Shown one piece after another: positions 50,775 through 61,529 of a stretch of 64,000 nucleotides of DNA (positions are counted from its first letter, which is position 1; each line of letters starts with the position of its first letter). The notes beneath the pieces are model-generated. The model was given only the letters and a program-made list of their open reading frames with translations, was not told the DNA's origin and did no database searches. Origin of the DNA: an uncultured Bacilli bacterium (GTDB lineage Bacteria > Bacillota_I > Bacilli_A > RF39 > UBA660). Location: NCBI GenBank assembly GCA_944359065.1, contig CALVSP010000001.1, positions 4,314-68,313 of the forward strand, given 5' to 3'. A program made the position numbers and the translations under genes.

Positions 50775-50909
50775 CTAATTACATTTAAGTGGTCTTATAT
50801 AACCATCGATAACACCGATTAAAAATATAACACCAGCTCCTATTAATAAGCCTAAACCTAATCCACCGCCGGATATCTTTTGTAATTCATTTTTTCCTAA
50901 CCTTTCCAT
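50775..50909 (-). CDS. second double-glycine-leader peptide; Gly-rich hydrophobic core (not in the ORF track)
   Basis: MERLGKNELQKISGG | GLGLGLLIGAGVIFLIGVIDGYIRPLKCN (44 aa). RBS aaagga. Overlaps the end of the accessory gene by 13 nt. Confidence 0.65.
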   Translation of the reverse strand: MERLGKNELQKISGGGLGLGLLIGAGVIFLIGVIDGYIRPLKCN

Positions 50910-51355
50910 TTTTCAAATCCTTTCTTTAATTGATGATAAATTGTCGTTTTATCATTTTTTAAAACAATATTAATAATATTATTTTCTATTTTACTTTCTT
51001 GTTTTAAAGCAAAATCTAATATTACTTGATAACACAATTTATCATCAATAGCAAAATATTCTTCACTTATTGAAACAACTTTAAAACTATAATCTTGATT
51101 ATCTACTAATAAATTACTTTTAGATAATTTATCTATACTTTCTTTTGGAACATAAATAATAGTATAAAATGAATCATCTATTTTTTTTACATATCCAAAA
51201 TATGATTGATACAAATAATATTCGTATTTTAAAGCGATAATTACAAATATAATAAAAGAAATAATTAAAAATATAATAAAGAAAATAATCGATTTGGAAG
51301 TTTTTTTATTCAAAATGTAAGAGAAGTTATTATATATTTTTGGATAGATCATCAA
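50897..51355 (-). CDS. single-TM accessory protein of the bacteriocin exporter (short; HlyD-like N-terminus or immunity-like)
   Basis: 152 aa. TM SIIFFIIFLIISFIIFVIIAL. Overlaps the ABC gene by 26 nt. Confidence 0.4.
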   Translation of the reverse strand: MMIYPKIYNNFSYILNKKTSKSIIFFIIFLIISFIIFVIIALKYEYYLYQSYFGYVKKIDDSFYTIIYVPKESIDKLSKSNLLVDNQDYSFKVVSISEEYFAIDDKLCYQVILDFALKQESKIENNIINIVLKNDKTTIYHQLKKGFEKWKG

Positions 51356-53366
51356 CTATTTTTCCTTTCTCTATTTTTATAACTTGGTTAAATAAATCCA
51401 TATTATCTAAACGATGGGATATAAATATTATTGTCTTATCGTTGTATTCTTTTAAAATATTTTTCATAATCACGCGTTCCATATTAGTATCAACTTGACT
51501 TAATCCTTCATCGATAATTAAAATATCAAAAGGATTAGAAATTGCGCGACTTAAAATTATTCTTTGTTTCTCACCACCCGATAAATTAAAGCCATTTTCT
51601 TCAATTAAAGTTTTATAACCTAATTGCATCTTTTTAACAATTTCATCAACTAAACATATTTTAGACACTTTATAAATATCGTTACCTATATTGTTTTCCA
51701 ATGTATCAGAAAATAATATTTCATTTTGTGATACATAAACAATATTATTTAATTTGTAGTCATTAATATCAATATCACCAATATATACTTTATCTCTTTT
51801 AATTTCATAGTGTTGTTTTAAAATTTTAAATAAAGTACTTTTTCCACTACCACTACTTCCTAATACCATAACCTTACTTTTATTTTTTATCGTTAAATTA
51901 ATATCTTTTAAAACATCTGTGACATCATCAAAACTATAACTTAGATTATTAAATACTATATCGCCAGTAACTGAATTAACCAAGGAATCACTCTTTTTAT
52001 AATATAAATATAGAATTTTTTTTAACGATATTTTTGATTGTTTTAAATTGTTATCTAAATCGATAATATTTCGAATTGGACTTAAAAAATAAACGAGTAA
52101 TGAATTGAATGACAATAATGTACCAAACGTTATTTCATTATCAATTACTAAAATAATGCCTACTAATATAATAATTAAAAATCCAATATCATTTATTAAT
52201 TCTTTTAGTAAAAATTGATAATTATAACATTCATCTAAGTTTTTTATTTTATTAGAATAAGTAGCATATTTATCTTCAAAATTATCTATAATTTTATTTT
52301 CAATATTACATCCTTTTAAAGTTTCATAACCATTAATCGTCTCCACCATATAAGAAGTTACCAAAGATTTATTTAATATAGTTTCATCAATTAATTCATT
52401 AAACTTATTTCTAAATATAACTATAATCAATAAATAAAACATCATAATAACTAGACTTATAAAAAACAAAGTAGAATTTAAAATATACATAATTATTAAA
52501 GATAAAATTGTGAGTGGTAAATCGATAAATAAACTTAAAGCAACTTTAGCAATCACTTGTCTTACTGCTTCTAAATCATTTATCTTTGATATTATTTCAC
52601 CAGTTGTATTATTTTTATAATAACGATATGGGAGGTTTATAATTTGTTTAAAAGTATTAAATGTAAGATTAAAATCGATTTTTTGATTGATCAAAATCAA
52701 TATTTTATTTCTTAAAAAATCTGAAACTATTTTTAATAGATAAACAAGTAAAAATAATATAAATATTAAAATTATTTTTGTTTTAGAAAACATAATATTA
52801 TCGATCATATATTGCATATAAAATGATGTGATAATAGAAAATATTGTAATAAAAATAGATATAATAATAACTTGAACCAATTGATTAGTTGAGGTCTTGA
52901 TAATTTCTTTTAAAAATTCTATACGCGAGTTATTGGGGGTATTTATTATTTTCTTAATAGGATATAAAAAAATTATTATACTGCTAAAAATTTTTGCAAA
53001 TTCTTGATATGAATAGTATTTATGTATGCCAATTGGATCGTAAATTAATAACTTTTTCTTTTTAAAATCTATTTTTTCAATTACAACATAATGTTTGTAG
53101 GAGTTATTTACGATTACATGAGCAATACATGGTAATATTACATTTTCTTTTTTTAAATCTTCTAATTTACATTTAAAACCATAACTTTCGAATCCTAATT
53201 TTTTACTTGCTTCAATTAAATGATAAGCGGTCGTTCCAGATTTATCAGTTTTACACATTTCTTTTAAATCATTAATATCGACATTACCTTTGTAATGTTT
53301 AATAATATTAAGTAGACAACTAGGTCCACAATCTTTTAAACCTTCTTGCTTAATTCTTCTAAACAC
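51330..53366 (-). CDS. bacteriocin-processing ABC transporter with N-terminal C39 peptidase domain
   Basis: C39 (LKDCGPSCLLNII, catalytic Cys). Six TM region. NBD with GSSGSGKST, LSGGEKQRI, ILIIDEGLS. Confidence 0.9.
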   Translation of the reverse strand: MFRRIKQEGLKDCGPSCLLNIIKHYKGNVDINDLKEMCKTDKSGTTAYHLIEASKKLGFESYGFKCKLEDLKKENVILPCIAHVIVNNSYKHYVVIEKIDFKKKKLLIYDPIGIHKYYSYQEFAKIFSSIIIFLYPIKKIINTPNNSRIEFLKEIIKTSTNQLVQVIIISIFITIFSIITSFYMQYMIDNIMFSKTKIILIFILFLLVYLLKIVSDFLRNKILILINQKIDFNLTFNTFKQIINLPYRYYKNNTTGEIISKINDLEAVRQVIAKVALSLFIDLPLTILSLIIMYILNSTLFFISLVIMMFYLLIIVIFRNKFNELIDETILNKSLVTSYMVETINGYETLKGCNIENKIIDNFEDKYATYSNKIKNLDECYNYQFLLKELINDIGFLIIILVGIILVIDNEITFGTLLSFNSLLVYFLSPIRNIIDLDNNLKQSKISLKKILYLYYKKSDSLVNSVTGDIVFNNLSYSFDDVTDVLKDINLTIKNKSKVMVLGSSGSGKSTLFKILKQHYEIKRDKVYIGDIDINDYKLNNIVYVSQNEILFSDTLENNIGNDIYKVSKICLVDEIVKKMQLGYKTLIEENGFNLSGGEKQRIILSRAISNPFDILIIDEGLSQVDTNMERVIMKNILKEYNDKTIIFISHRLDNMDLFNQVIKIEKGKIVDDLSKNI

Positions 53367-53420
53367 TTTTTTACCTCCCTACTAGTTATATTAGCCAAAA
53401 GTATCACGAATTCCTGCAAG

Positions 53421-53450
53421 AAATAAAAAAAAATTGCATTTTTTGCAATT
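53421..53450 (-). terminator. rho-independent terminator after the yebC-like gene
   Basis: aattgca-ttttt-tgcaatt hairpin, with a T-run on the minus strand. Confidence 0.5.
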
Positions 53451-53451
53451 T

Positions 53452-54168
53452 TTATACATTTGTTACATTGTGGTAAACATTTGAGACATCTTCAACATCA
53501 TCTAGCATTGCTAATAATTTTTTAAATAATTCTAAATCTTCACCATTTAAAGTAATTTTATCTTTAGCCAACATCGTTATTTCGTCCATATCAAATGTAA
53601 CATTAGGTAATACTTTAGTAATACTTTCTTTTATTTTAAATAAGTCTTGAGGATCACCATAAATAACAATACCATCATCTTCTTCAATATCTTTAACATC
53701 GACATCATTTTCAATTAAAGCATTAATTGTATCATCGATACTTAATCCTTTAAAATTTACAATACATAAATTATCATAATTATAAGATACACTACCAATA
53801 CTTCCCATTTTAATATGACATTTATTAACTACTGCTCTTAATTCGCTTACACTTCTATTAACATTATCAGTTAAACATTCAACGATTAAAGTAGAACCTG
53901 CTGGTCCAAATAATTCATAAGTATTTTTAACATATGTTTCATCAACACCACTATTTACTTTATCGATAGCCCTTTTGATAATATCAGACGGAACTTGTTC
54001 TTTTTTAGCCCTTTCAACTAATCTTTTTAATGATGCATTAGCCTCTAAACTAGTACCACCATTTTTAGCCGCTTGATAAATTTCTTTTGCATACATACTA
54101 TAAATTTTACCACGTGCTGCCCCTGTTTTTTGAATACTTGCTTTTCTTACTTCATACGCTCTTCCCAT
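53452..54168 (-). CDS. yebC: YebC/PmpR-family transcriptional regulator
   Basis: MGRAYEVRKASIQKTGAARGKIYSMYAKEI. Confidence 0.85.
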   Translation of the reverse strand: MGRAYEVRKASIQKTGAARGKIYSMYAKEIYQAAKNGGTSLEANASLKRLVERAKKEQVPSDIIKRAIDKVNSGVDETYVKNTYELFGPAGSTLIVECLTDNVNRSVSELRAVVNKCHIKMGSIGSVSYNYDNLCIVNFKGLSIDDTINALIENDVDVKDIEEDDGIVIYGDPQDLFKIKESITKVLPNVTFDMDEITMLAKDKITLNGEDLELFKKLLAMLDDVEDVSNVYHNVTNV

Positions 54169-54220
54169 TTCAAATCACCTCCTATATTTTACATTTATTT
54201 TTTTAATTTATCAATATTTT

Positions 54221-54886
54221 TTAACATTTTTGTGCTTTTTTTAAAGCATCACAAGCCGCTTGTTGTTCGGCTTCTTTTTTACTATGAGCAACACCTTCGC
54301 CATAAATAATATCATCTATTTTAACGATTACTTTAAATGTTTTATTATGGGCTGGTCCAAATTCATCAACTACAACATATTCTAAAGATTTTTTATCAGT
54401 TTGAACTAATTCTTGAAGCATAGATTTATAATCAGTATCAAACTCTATTTCTTTACTTTCAATTAAAGTTACGACATTATCGTATATAAATTTTTTAACA
54501 TAAATAAAACCTAAATCTAAATACATTGCGCCAATAAACGCTTCAAATATATCCGCAACTATGGCTTTTCTATATCGCCCACCATTTTCTTCTTCACCAT
54601 GACCTAGTCTTAAATATTTGTTTAAATTCAATCTTTTAGCATATTCAAAATTAGCATCTTCACAAACATATTTAGCTCGTAATTTAGTCATAATGCCTTC
54701 TTCATAATCTGTATTTTGATATAAATATTCGCTTATAACTAATTCTAAAACCGCATCCCCTAAATATTCTAATCTTTCATAACTTTCTTCATTATTTTCA
54801 TTAGCAAATGAAGTATGTGTTAAGGCAGTTAAATATAATCCTTCATTTTTATAATTTATTTTTAAATCTTTCAATAATTTCATCAA
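54221..54886 (-). CDS. rnc: ribonuclease III
   Basis: ERLEYLGDAVLELVISEYLY RNase III signature, plus a dsRBD at the C-terminus. Confidence 0.9.
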   Translation of the reverse strand: MMKLLKDLKINYKNEGLYLTALTHTSFANENNEESYERLEYLGDAVLELVISEYLYQNTDYEEGIMTKLRAKYVCEDANFEYAKRLNLNKYLRLGHGEEENGGRYRKAIVADIFEAFIGAMYLDLGFIYVKKFIYDNVVTLIESKEIEFDTDYKSMLQELVQTDKKSLEYVVVDEFGPAHNKTFKVIVKIDDIIYGEGVAHSKKEAEQQAACDALKKAQKC

Positions 54887-54963
54887 ATCACCAATATTAT
54901 TATACTATAAAATTATCAAAAATAAAATTTACTTTTTACACTTTTTAATGTATAATTATTATT

Positions 54964-55185
54964 ATGAAATATTTTTTATTAGGATTTATAAAAACATATC
55001 AAATGATACCAGGGCCTTGGCATAATTGTTGTCGTCATACCCCAACTTGCTCTAATTATGGGATTGAAGCAATAATAAAACATGGTTCGTTTAAAGGTAG
55101 TATTTTGACTATTAAAAGAATAATTAGGTGTAACCCATTTGGAAGTTGTGGTTATGATCCTGTACCAGAGAGGAGAAAAAAATGA
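54964..55185 (+). CDS. yidD: membrane protein insertion efficiency factor YidD
   Basis: [29 protein letters not shown]. Confidence 0.85.
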   Translation: MKYFLLGFIKTYQMIPGPWHNCCRHTPTCSNYGIEAIIKHGSFKGSILTIKRIIRCNPFGSCGYDPVPERRKK

Positions 55186-56075
55186 AAAAAATTATTTTAT
55201 TAATTATTTGTATTTTATGTTTAACAGGATGTTTTAAAAGAGATACGATGGAAGGAATAAATATTTACACAACTATTTATCCAATTACTTATATAACAGA
55301 AAGATTATATGGCGAATATAGTAATATCGAAAGTATTTATCCAAATGGCGTTAATATTCAACTAGAAAAATGTGAAGAATGTGACAATTTACTTTATACA
55401 TTAACAGATAAACAATTAGCTGATTATAGTAAAGCCGATTTATTCATATTCAATTCATTATTATATGAAGGAGAATATGTTAAACCGATGTTTGAAAATA
55501 ATAAAAAATTAAAGATAATTAATGCGACAGACAATTTAACGATGGATGAATTTTATGGTTTAGAAGAAATTTGGTTTGATCCATCAAGATTACTAACTTT
55601 AGCTCGTAGTATTAAAAATGGTTTAAATGAATATATTAGTAACTATTATTTAAAACAAAATATTGAAAACAATTTTAACACATTAAAAGAAGAATTAGAT
55701 AAAATTGGATCAAAATTATCTGATACAACTAAAGGTGCTACTAATAAGATATTAGTTACAAATGATGAAATGTTTGAATTCTTATCACGCGATAAATATG
55801 GTTTAACAGTTTATGTTTTAAATGAAAATTCTAGTAGTAAAACAATAAGTGACGTTAAAACATTAATTGAAAATGACACAATTAATTATATATATATTAA
55901 ACAATATGATGAACCAAACGAAATAATTAATAATTTAATTGAAGGAACAGATGTTGAAATAATAAAATTACATATGTTAACTAACTTAACAGAAAATGAA
56001 ATAAGTAATAAAAAAGATTATTTTACTATTATGAACGAAAATATTGAATTATTAAGAAAAAATTTATATAATTAA
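55182..56075 (+). CDS. lipoprotein, ZnuA/TroA-like metal ABC substrate-binding fold (possibly degenerate)
   Basis: Lipobox [14 protein letters not shown]...[23 protein letters not shown] resembles the SBP_bac_9 family. Confidence 0.45.
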   Translation: MKKIILLIICILCLTGCFKRDTMEGINIYTTIYPITYITERLYGEYSNIESIYPNGVNIQLEKCEECDNLLYTLTDKQLADYSKADLFIFNSLLYEGEYVKPMFENNKKLKIINATDNLTMDEFYGLEEIWFDPSRLLTLARSIKNGLNEYISNYYLKQNIENNFNTLKEELDKIGSKLSDTTKGATNKILVTNDEMFEFLSRDKYGLTVYVLNENSSSKTISDVKTLIENDTINYIYIKQYDEPNEIINNLIEGTDVEIIKLHMLTNLTENEISNKKDYFTIMNENIELLRKNLYN

Positions 56076-56091
56076 GTAAGGAGGTTTATTT

Positions 56092-56844
56092 ATGTGGATT
56101 ATTTTAATTATTATTGTTTTAGTTGTTTTATCATCAATTAAACAAATTGATGAATACGAACGAGGCGTTAAATTTACGACAGGAAAATTTAGTAAAATGA
56201 TGGAGCCTGGTTGGAGATTAGTATTACCTATTTTTCAATCATTTAAAAAAGTCGACATTAGAACAAAAGCAGTCGATGTTCCAGAACAAGAAGCAATTAC
56301 TAAAGATAATGTTTCAGTTAAAATTAATGCAGTATTATACTATAAAGTATTTGATGCTTCTAAAGCAATATTAGCCGTTGAAAACTTTAGATATGCTGTT
56401 AGCCAATTAGCCCAAACAACAATGCGTAATGCAGTTGGTGCGGTATCATTAGATGAATTGTTAGGAGAAAGAGAAAAAATTTCTACTGAAATATGTAAAG
56501 TTATCGATGAAGCAACTGATCCTTGGGGAATCAAAGTTGAAAATGTCGAATTAAAAGATATTTCACTACCAGAAGAAATGAAACGAGTTATTGCTAAAGC
56601 AGCCGAAGCAGAAAGAGAAAAAGCAGCAGTAATTACTAAAGCACAAGGTGAAGTTGAAGCTTCACAAAATCTAGCCAAAGCGGCTGAAATTATGGCTACA
56701 ACACCAGGAGCATTACATTTAAGAACATTATCAACATTAAATGATATTAGTTCTGATCAATCAAATACAATTGTATTTGCCGTTCCATTAGAAGTATTAA
56801 GAGCATTTGAAAATAATGATGTTACTAAAATAATTAAAAAGTAG
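56092..56844 (+). CDS. SPFH/band-7 (stomatin/HflK-like) membrane protein
   Basis: N-terminal TM, then the SPFH domain and a C-terminal Ala/Glu-rich coiled coil. Confidence 0.8.
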   Translation: MWIILIIIVLVVLSSIKQIDEYERGVKFTTGKFSKMMEPGWRLVLPIFQSFKKVDIRTKAVDVPEQEAITKDNVSVKINAVLYYKVFDASKAILAVENFRYAVSQLAQTTMRNAVGAVSLDELLGEREKISTEICKVIDEATDPWGIKVENVELKDISLPEEMKRVIAKAAEAEREKAAVITKAQGEVEASQNLAKAAEIMATTPGALHLRTLSTLNDISSDQSNTIVFAVPLEVLRAFENNDVTKIIKK

Positions 56845-56896
56845 ATGATTTTATGGATATAGATCATTAAAAAAGAGTCATTTATAAATGATTCTT

Positions 56897-58102
56897 TTAT
56901 TTTATCCAATCTTTACCTTCAACCAATCTTGTAACTAACATTGAACTTGATACATCCCCTACTACATTTAAACAAGTTGCAGGTGGATCAATTAACCAAC
57001 CAATTGTAGCAATGATAGGGAATGCTTCTAAAGGAAATCCATATAAAGAAACTATTAACATTTCTCCTATTAAACCACCACCAGGAATTCCTGACATAAC
57101 AACCGCACTTAATACTGCTATTGTTATTGCTATAGTGTAAGTATCAAAACCGACAAATGGCATATTAAATATTCCAAATAAAAATACTATTTTTAAAATT
57201 GCTCCCATACTAGAGCCTTCCATATGCATTGTAGCCCCAATCGGTAATGTTACATCCCTTATATCCTTCGGAATATCCATATTACTTGCTGTTTCTAAAT
57301 TAGTTGGTAAACTTGCTAATGAAGACTGTGTCGCTAAAGAAGTAGCTGTTGCAGGAAATATATTTTTAAAAAATAATTTAACTCCCTTTTTCTTACCTGC
57401 AATATAAGCATATAAATAATAAAATATTACAAAATAAATTACACACATTACATAATATAAAATCATACTTTTAGCATAACTACCTATTAATTGTGGACCA
57501 AATTCCCCTATTAAATTAGCAAAATAAGCACATAAACCAATCGGTGCATAATACATAATAATATTAATTATTTTCATCATTACATTAGATATATTTTCTA
57601 ACGATTTAGCTAACTTATCATTTTTAGTTAATGCAACACCAATACCAAATAATATCGTAAATATAATTAAAGGTAACATATTACTTCTAGATAATAAATT
57701 AGAAAAATCAGTTACAGTTAATGCTTGAACAATTTGATCACCAATACTAACTTCTGTAGCCTCTCCTTGCTCTAATACTATATTCGCATTACCAACTGGA
57801 TCAATTACCTTAGTAACACCTAACATTAAAATTCCAGCTACTGCACTAGTTAAAATAAAAACTAAAAAAACATATTTTAATATTCTTCCTAATCGTTTTA
57901 AGTTAACCATATTAGCAATACTACTGGATATCGTAAAAAATACTAATGGCACTACTATCGTATACATCATATTTAAAAATACCGCTCCAAATGGTTTTAA
58001 TATAACTGCATCCTCTTCTAAAATTATTCCTAAAATACAGCCTATTATAATTGAAAATAATAATATAATTGGAAATTTATAATTTTTCCAAATTTTTTTC
58101 AT
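56897..58102 (-). CDS. dicarboxylate/amino acid:cation symporter (DAACS, GltP-like)
   Basis: 401 aa, polytopic. Conserved SSS..LPT and GATMHMEGS motifs. Confidence 0.8.
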   Translation of the reverse strand: MKKIWKNYKFPIILLFSIIIGCILGIILEEDAVILKPFGAVFLNMMYTIVVPLVFFTISSSIANMVNLKRLGRILKYVFLVFILTSAVAGILMLGVTKVIDPVGNANIVLEQGEATEVSIGDQIVQALTVTDFSNLLSRSNMLPLIIFTILFGIGVALTKNDKLAKSLENISNVMMKIINIIMYYAPIGLCAYFANLIGEFGPQLIGSYAKSMILYYVMCVIYFVIFYYLYAYIAGKKKGVKLFFKNIFPATATSLATQSSLASLPTNLETASNMDIPKDIRDVTLPIGATMHMEGSSMGAILKIVFLFGIFNMPFVGFDTYTIAITIAVLSAVVMSGIPGGGLIGEMLIVSLYGFPLEAFPIIATIGWLIDPPATCLNVVGDVSSSMLVTRLVEGKDWIK

Positions 58103-58168
58103 TTTTCCCTCCTTAATTAATTATATTTTTTTATAAACAAATATTACCACATACATATAATAAATTAG

Positions 58169-58777
58169 GTGATTTGTATGTATATCGGTATTATAGGAAG
58201 AAAAAATGAAGATAAAATAACCTTTAATCAAGAAATTATTAATGTTATTTACAAATATAATTTTGTTCCGCTTGGAATAATAGTTAATTTTAATAATGAT
58301 ATAAATAAAGAATTTAATAAAATTAAAAATTTATTAGATATGTGTAGTGGCTTTATTTTACAAGGTGGATCTGATTATTATGATATCGATATATTAATAA
58401 CAAAATATTTATATGATAAAAATATTCCAACTTTAGGTATTTGTTTAGGTATGCAAACAATGGGAGCAGCGTTTAATGGCATTATGGATAATATAGATAA
58501 TCATAAAAGTTTAGATAAATATGTCCATTATATAGATATAAATAATAATTCAAAATTGTATCAAATAATTAAAAAAAATAAAATATTAGTTAATAGTCGC
58601 CATAAATCATATATTTTAAAAACTAATTTAGATATTGCAGCAACCAATGAAATAATAGAAGCAATTGAAGATAAAAATAAAAAATTTTTCATTGGTGTCC
58701 AGTGGCATCCGGAAAGTTTAATGGATGAAAATAGCCTTTTATTGTTTAATTCTTTCTTTAATAGTATAAAATGTTAA
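58169..58777 (+). CDS. class I glutamine amidotransferase-like / gamma-glutamyl-GABA hydrolase family (peptidase C26)
   Basis: GICLGMQTMG (Cys nucleophile). VQWHPE. Confidence 0.75.
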   Translation: MICMYIGIIGRKNEDKITFNQEIINVIYKYNFVPLGIIVNFNNDINKEFNKIKNLLDMCSGFILQGGSDYYDIDILITKYLYDKNIPTLGICLGMQTMGAAFNGIMDNIDNHKSLDKYVHYIDINNNSKLYQIIKKNKILVNSRHKSYILKTNLDIAATNEIIEAIEDKNKKFFIGVQWHPESLMDENSLLLFNSFFNSIKC

Positions 58778-58805
58778 AAAATTTAGAAAAAATATTAAAA
58801 AAGAC

Positions 58806-58834
58806 TTGCCAAAATAAAAAAAATAAGGTATACT
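58806..58834 (+). promoter_or_regulatory. promoter of the tRNA cluster (ttgcca-17-tatact)
   Basis: Correct spacing. Lies 20 bp upstream of tRNA-Ile. Confidence 0.45.
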
Positions 58835-58854
58835 TAATATGCGTTTCAAAAATT

Positions 58855-58931
<77 letters not shown>

Positions 58932-58934
58932 TAC

Positions 58935-59011
58935 GCCTTAATAGCTCAGTCGGTTAGAGCACTTGACTGTTAATCAAGGGGTCGTAGGTTCGAGTCCTAC
59001 TTGAGGCGCCA
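58935..59011 (+). tRNA. tRNA-Asn (anticodon GTT)
   Basis: Acceptor gccttaa/ttgaggc, anticodon loop ctGTTaa, T-arm ggttcgagtcc, encoded CCA. Confidence 0.85.
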
Positions 59012-59013
59012 TT

Positions 59014-59090
59014 GGCCAGTTGGTGAAGTGGCTTAACACACTGCCCTTTCACGGCAGCATTCATGGGTCCGAATCCCATACTGGTCACCA
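59014..59090 (+). tRNA. tRNA-Glu (anticodon TTC)
   Basis: Acceptor ggccagt/actggtc, anticodon stem ctgcc/ggcag with loop ctTTCac, encoded CCA. Confidence 0.8.
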
Positions 59091-59105
59091 AAGAGACAAT
59101 AATAA

Positions 59106-59131
59106 AAGAACTTGTTGTAAGTTCTTTTTTT
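59106..59131. terminator. bidirectional terminator between the tRNA cluster and ddl
   Basis: 8-bp stem aagaactt/aagttctt with loop gttgt, flanked by A/T runs. Confidence 0.55.
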
Positions 59132-59138
59132 CATATAA

Positions 59139-60335
59139 CTATTTTAATTTACCTTTAATTCCTTTAACACCATTATAATTACTTAATATATTAGTATCAA
59201 ATGATACTGTTTTTTCATGTTTTTTCTTATATTGTTTAATTGCTAAAGTAATCATTTCATCTAATAGTTGTTCGTAATTTTTATCTGTTTTTTCCCAAAG
59301 ATAAAATGATAAACTACCTGGTATTGTATTAGGTTCATTAATATATATTTTATTATTTTTACCATCGATTAAAAAATCAATTCGACAAACACCACTTAAA
59401 TTTAAAGCTTTAAATACTTCTTTAGCTATTTCCTTTATTTTATCAGTCATTTTATCATCTAATCTAGCTGGTATTAAACGATTAGTACTAGCCATTCCCT
59501 TTGAACCTTTAGCCCCAATTTTACCTTTAGCGCCATTTAGATATTTATCTTGATAAGTTAAAAATTCTTTGGTACTCATTACTTCTTCTAAAACACTAGC
59601 TTGTTGATTTTCATAATTACCTAAAACACTACAATTAACTTCAATTAAATTTTCCACAGCTTTTTCAACAACTACTTTATTATCATATGAAATAGCATCA
59701 ACAATAGCATTTTCTATTCCTAAATCATCCTTAACATAAGTAATACCAACACTACTACCTAATGTTGCCGGTTTTACTATAACCGGATATCCTATTTTTT
59801 TAATATCTTTTAATATTTGTTCTTTATTTAAAAAATATTCATTTTCATAAAAATATGTGTACTCAACAATTGGTAAATCTAAACTTTCAAAAATTTGCTT
59901 CATAACAACTTTATCTTGGCCTAAACTAGAACCTAAAACATTACTACCAACATATGGAACACCAACTAATTCTAAATAACCTTGTAAAGTTCCATCTTCC
60001 ATATTGTTACCATGAACAATAGGCAAAACAATATCTAAGTCGGCTATAATTGTTCTAAATAAATTTAATGCTTGTAATCTAAATAATCCTTTATGATTAT
60101 ACAAAACAACCTTTTTAGCATATTTTTTTAAAGTATCAAAATCACGATATATATCAATATCTGCTAACATTTTACCAGTATACCAAATTCTATCTTTAGT
60201 TATGTATATTGGATATATATCATATTTCTCCTTATTTAAATGTTCTATTGCTTGTACAGCTGAAATAATACTTACTTCATGCTCAACCGTAGGTCCTCCA
60301 AATATAACTCCTACTTTAATTTTCATTACTATCAT
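59139..60335 (-). CDS. ddl: D-alanine--D-alanine ligase family protein
   Basis: ATP-grasp. GYPVIVKPATLGSSVGI. N-terminal KVGVIFGGPTVEHEVS. Confidence 0.85.
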   Translation of the reverse strand: MIVMKIKVGVIFGGPTVEHEVSIISAVQAIEHLNKEKYDIYPIYITKDRIWYTGKMLADIDIYRDFDTLKKYAKKVVLYNHKGLFRLQALNLFRTIIADLDIVLPIVHGNNMEDGTLQGYLELVGVPYVGSNVLGSSLGQDKVVMKQIFESLDLPIVEYTYFYENEYFLNKEQILKDIKKIGYPVIVKPATLGSSVGITYVKDDLGIENAIVDAISYDNKVVVEKAVENLIEVNCSVLGNYENQQASVLEEVMSTKEFLTYQDKYLNGAKGKIGAKGSKGMASTNRLIPARLDDKMTDKIKEIAKEVFKALNLSGVCRIDFLIDGKNNKIYINEPNTIPGSLSFYLWEKTDKNYEQLLDEMITLAIKQYKKKHEKTVSFDTNILSNYNGVKGIKGKLK

Positions 60336-61059
60336 CTCCTAAAAAACTTTTTAAAACTCTTATTGTCTGATCAAATCTTTCTAAATAAGCATAATGTGAG
60401 CAACCTTCATATGTTACTAAACCACAATTAGATATTAATTTTTCTAATTGATAGGCATCATTAATACTTACAGCTTTATCCATCGTTCCCCATATCAATA
60501 AGGTTGGACATTTAATTTTTTTTACTTCTTCTGTTATATCATAATTAATTGTTTGAACTAAAATTTTTCGCATCATTTCACTAGCATTTTTATAATCTGT
60601 TGAACCGATATGTTTTTTAGCAAATCCTTCTAATTTATTTAAAATCGGTATTTTTTTAGCTGTTTTTAATATTTTAACTTTAAATGACATATCTTTTGAA
60701 CTTTTTTTATAAGGACTAGCTAAACAAACTAATTTTTTTACCCGATATTTACTAGCGTACAATAATCCAATTTTTCCCCCAAAGGAATGACCTATAATAA
60801 TTGGATTAGAAACGTTTAAATTTTCTAATAACTCTTTTACACAAATTACATAATCTTCAACTGTCCAAGCTGTTTTAGGCTCTTCACTTTGACCATAACC
60901 AGGTAAATCAATTATTATAATTCGATTAGTAAAACTAAATTGATTACCTAATCCTTTCATCATTTCTATATTCTGTCCCCACCCATGAAGTAAAACAATA
61001 GGATTTTCTTTTTGACCATAATCGATATAATTAACATTAATATTTTTAATTATCATCAT
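60316..61059 (-). CDS. alpha/beta hydrolase
   Basis: HGWGQN and GHSFGG nucleophile elbow. Confidence 0.75.
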   Translation of the reverse strand: MMIIKNINVNYIDYGQKENPIVLLHGWGQNIEMMKGLGNQFSFTNRIIIIDLPGYGQSEEPKTAWTVEDYVICVKELLENLNVSNPIIIGHSFGGKIGLLYASKYRVKKLVCLASPYKKSSKDMSFKVKILKTAKKIPILNKLEGFAKKHIGSTDYKNASEMMRKILVQTINYDITEEVKKIKCPTLLIWGTMDKAVSINDAYQLEKLISNCGLVTYEGCSHYAYLERFDQTIRVLKSFLGDDSNEN

Positions 61060-61086
61060 ATCACCTATATAATTATACCATTTTTT

Positions 61087-61485
61087 TTAATTATTTACTA
61101 TCATATTTTCAATATTTAAACTATTAATTTTATCAATATTACTATAAATTTTAACTTTACTTATAATAATTCCAGAAATTGAAAGATTTATTGCCTCTAT
61201 TTTATAATTTTGTTTATTTAATTCATCTATATATTTATTTTTTGCATCAATAATATTTTTATAAACATATCGATTTTTTATATTATATTTTGTATTAAAT
61301 TCTATCCAAACAACTTGAATATCATTAAAATAATTTAAAAAGTTATTAGTAGATAAATTATTATTAGGGAATTCTAAAATATAAAAATTATTCATATTAT
61401 TTTCTTTAAAAGTTGTCATTATATTTTCACTATAATTTAAATTAAACAAAAAAATAAAAATGATTAATACTATTATTTTTTTCAT
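61087..61485 (-). CDS. secreted hypothetical protein
   Basis: 132 aa with signal peptide. Confidence 0.45.
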   Translation of the reverse strand: MKKIIVLIIFIFLFNLNYSENIMTTFKENNMNNFYILEFPNNNLSTNNFLNYFNDIQVVWIEFNTKYNIKNRYVYKNIIDAKNKYIDELNKQNYKIEAINLSISGIIISKVKIYSNIDKINSLNIENMIVNN

Positions 61486-61529
61486 AATACTTCACCATTT
61501 TTATTTTGGATTTTTTTTAATAAATTAAA

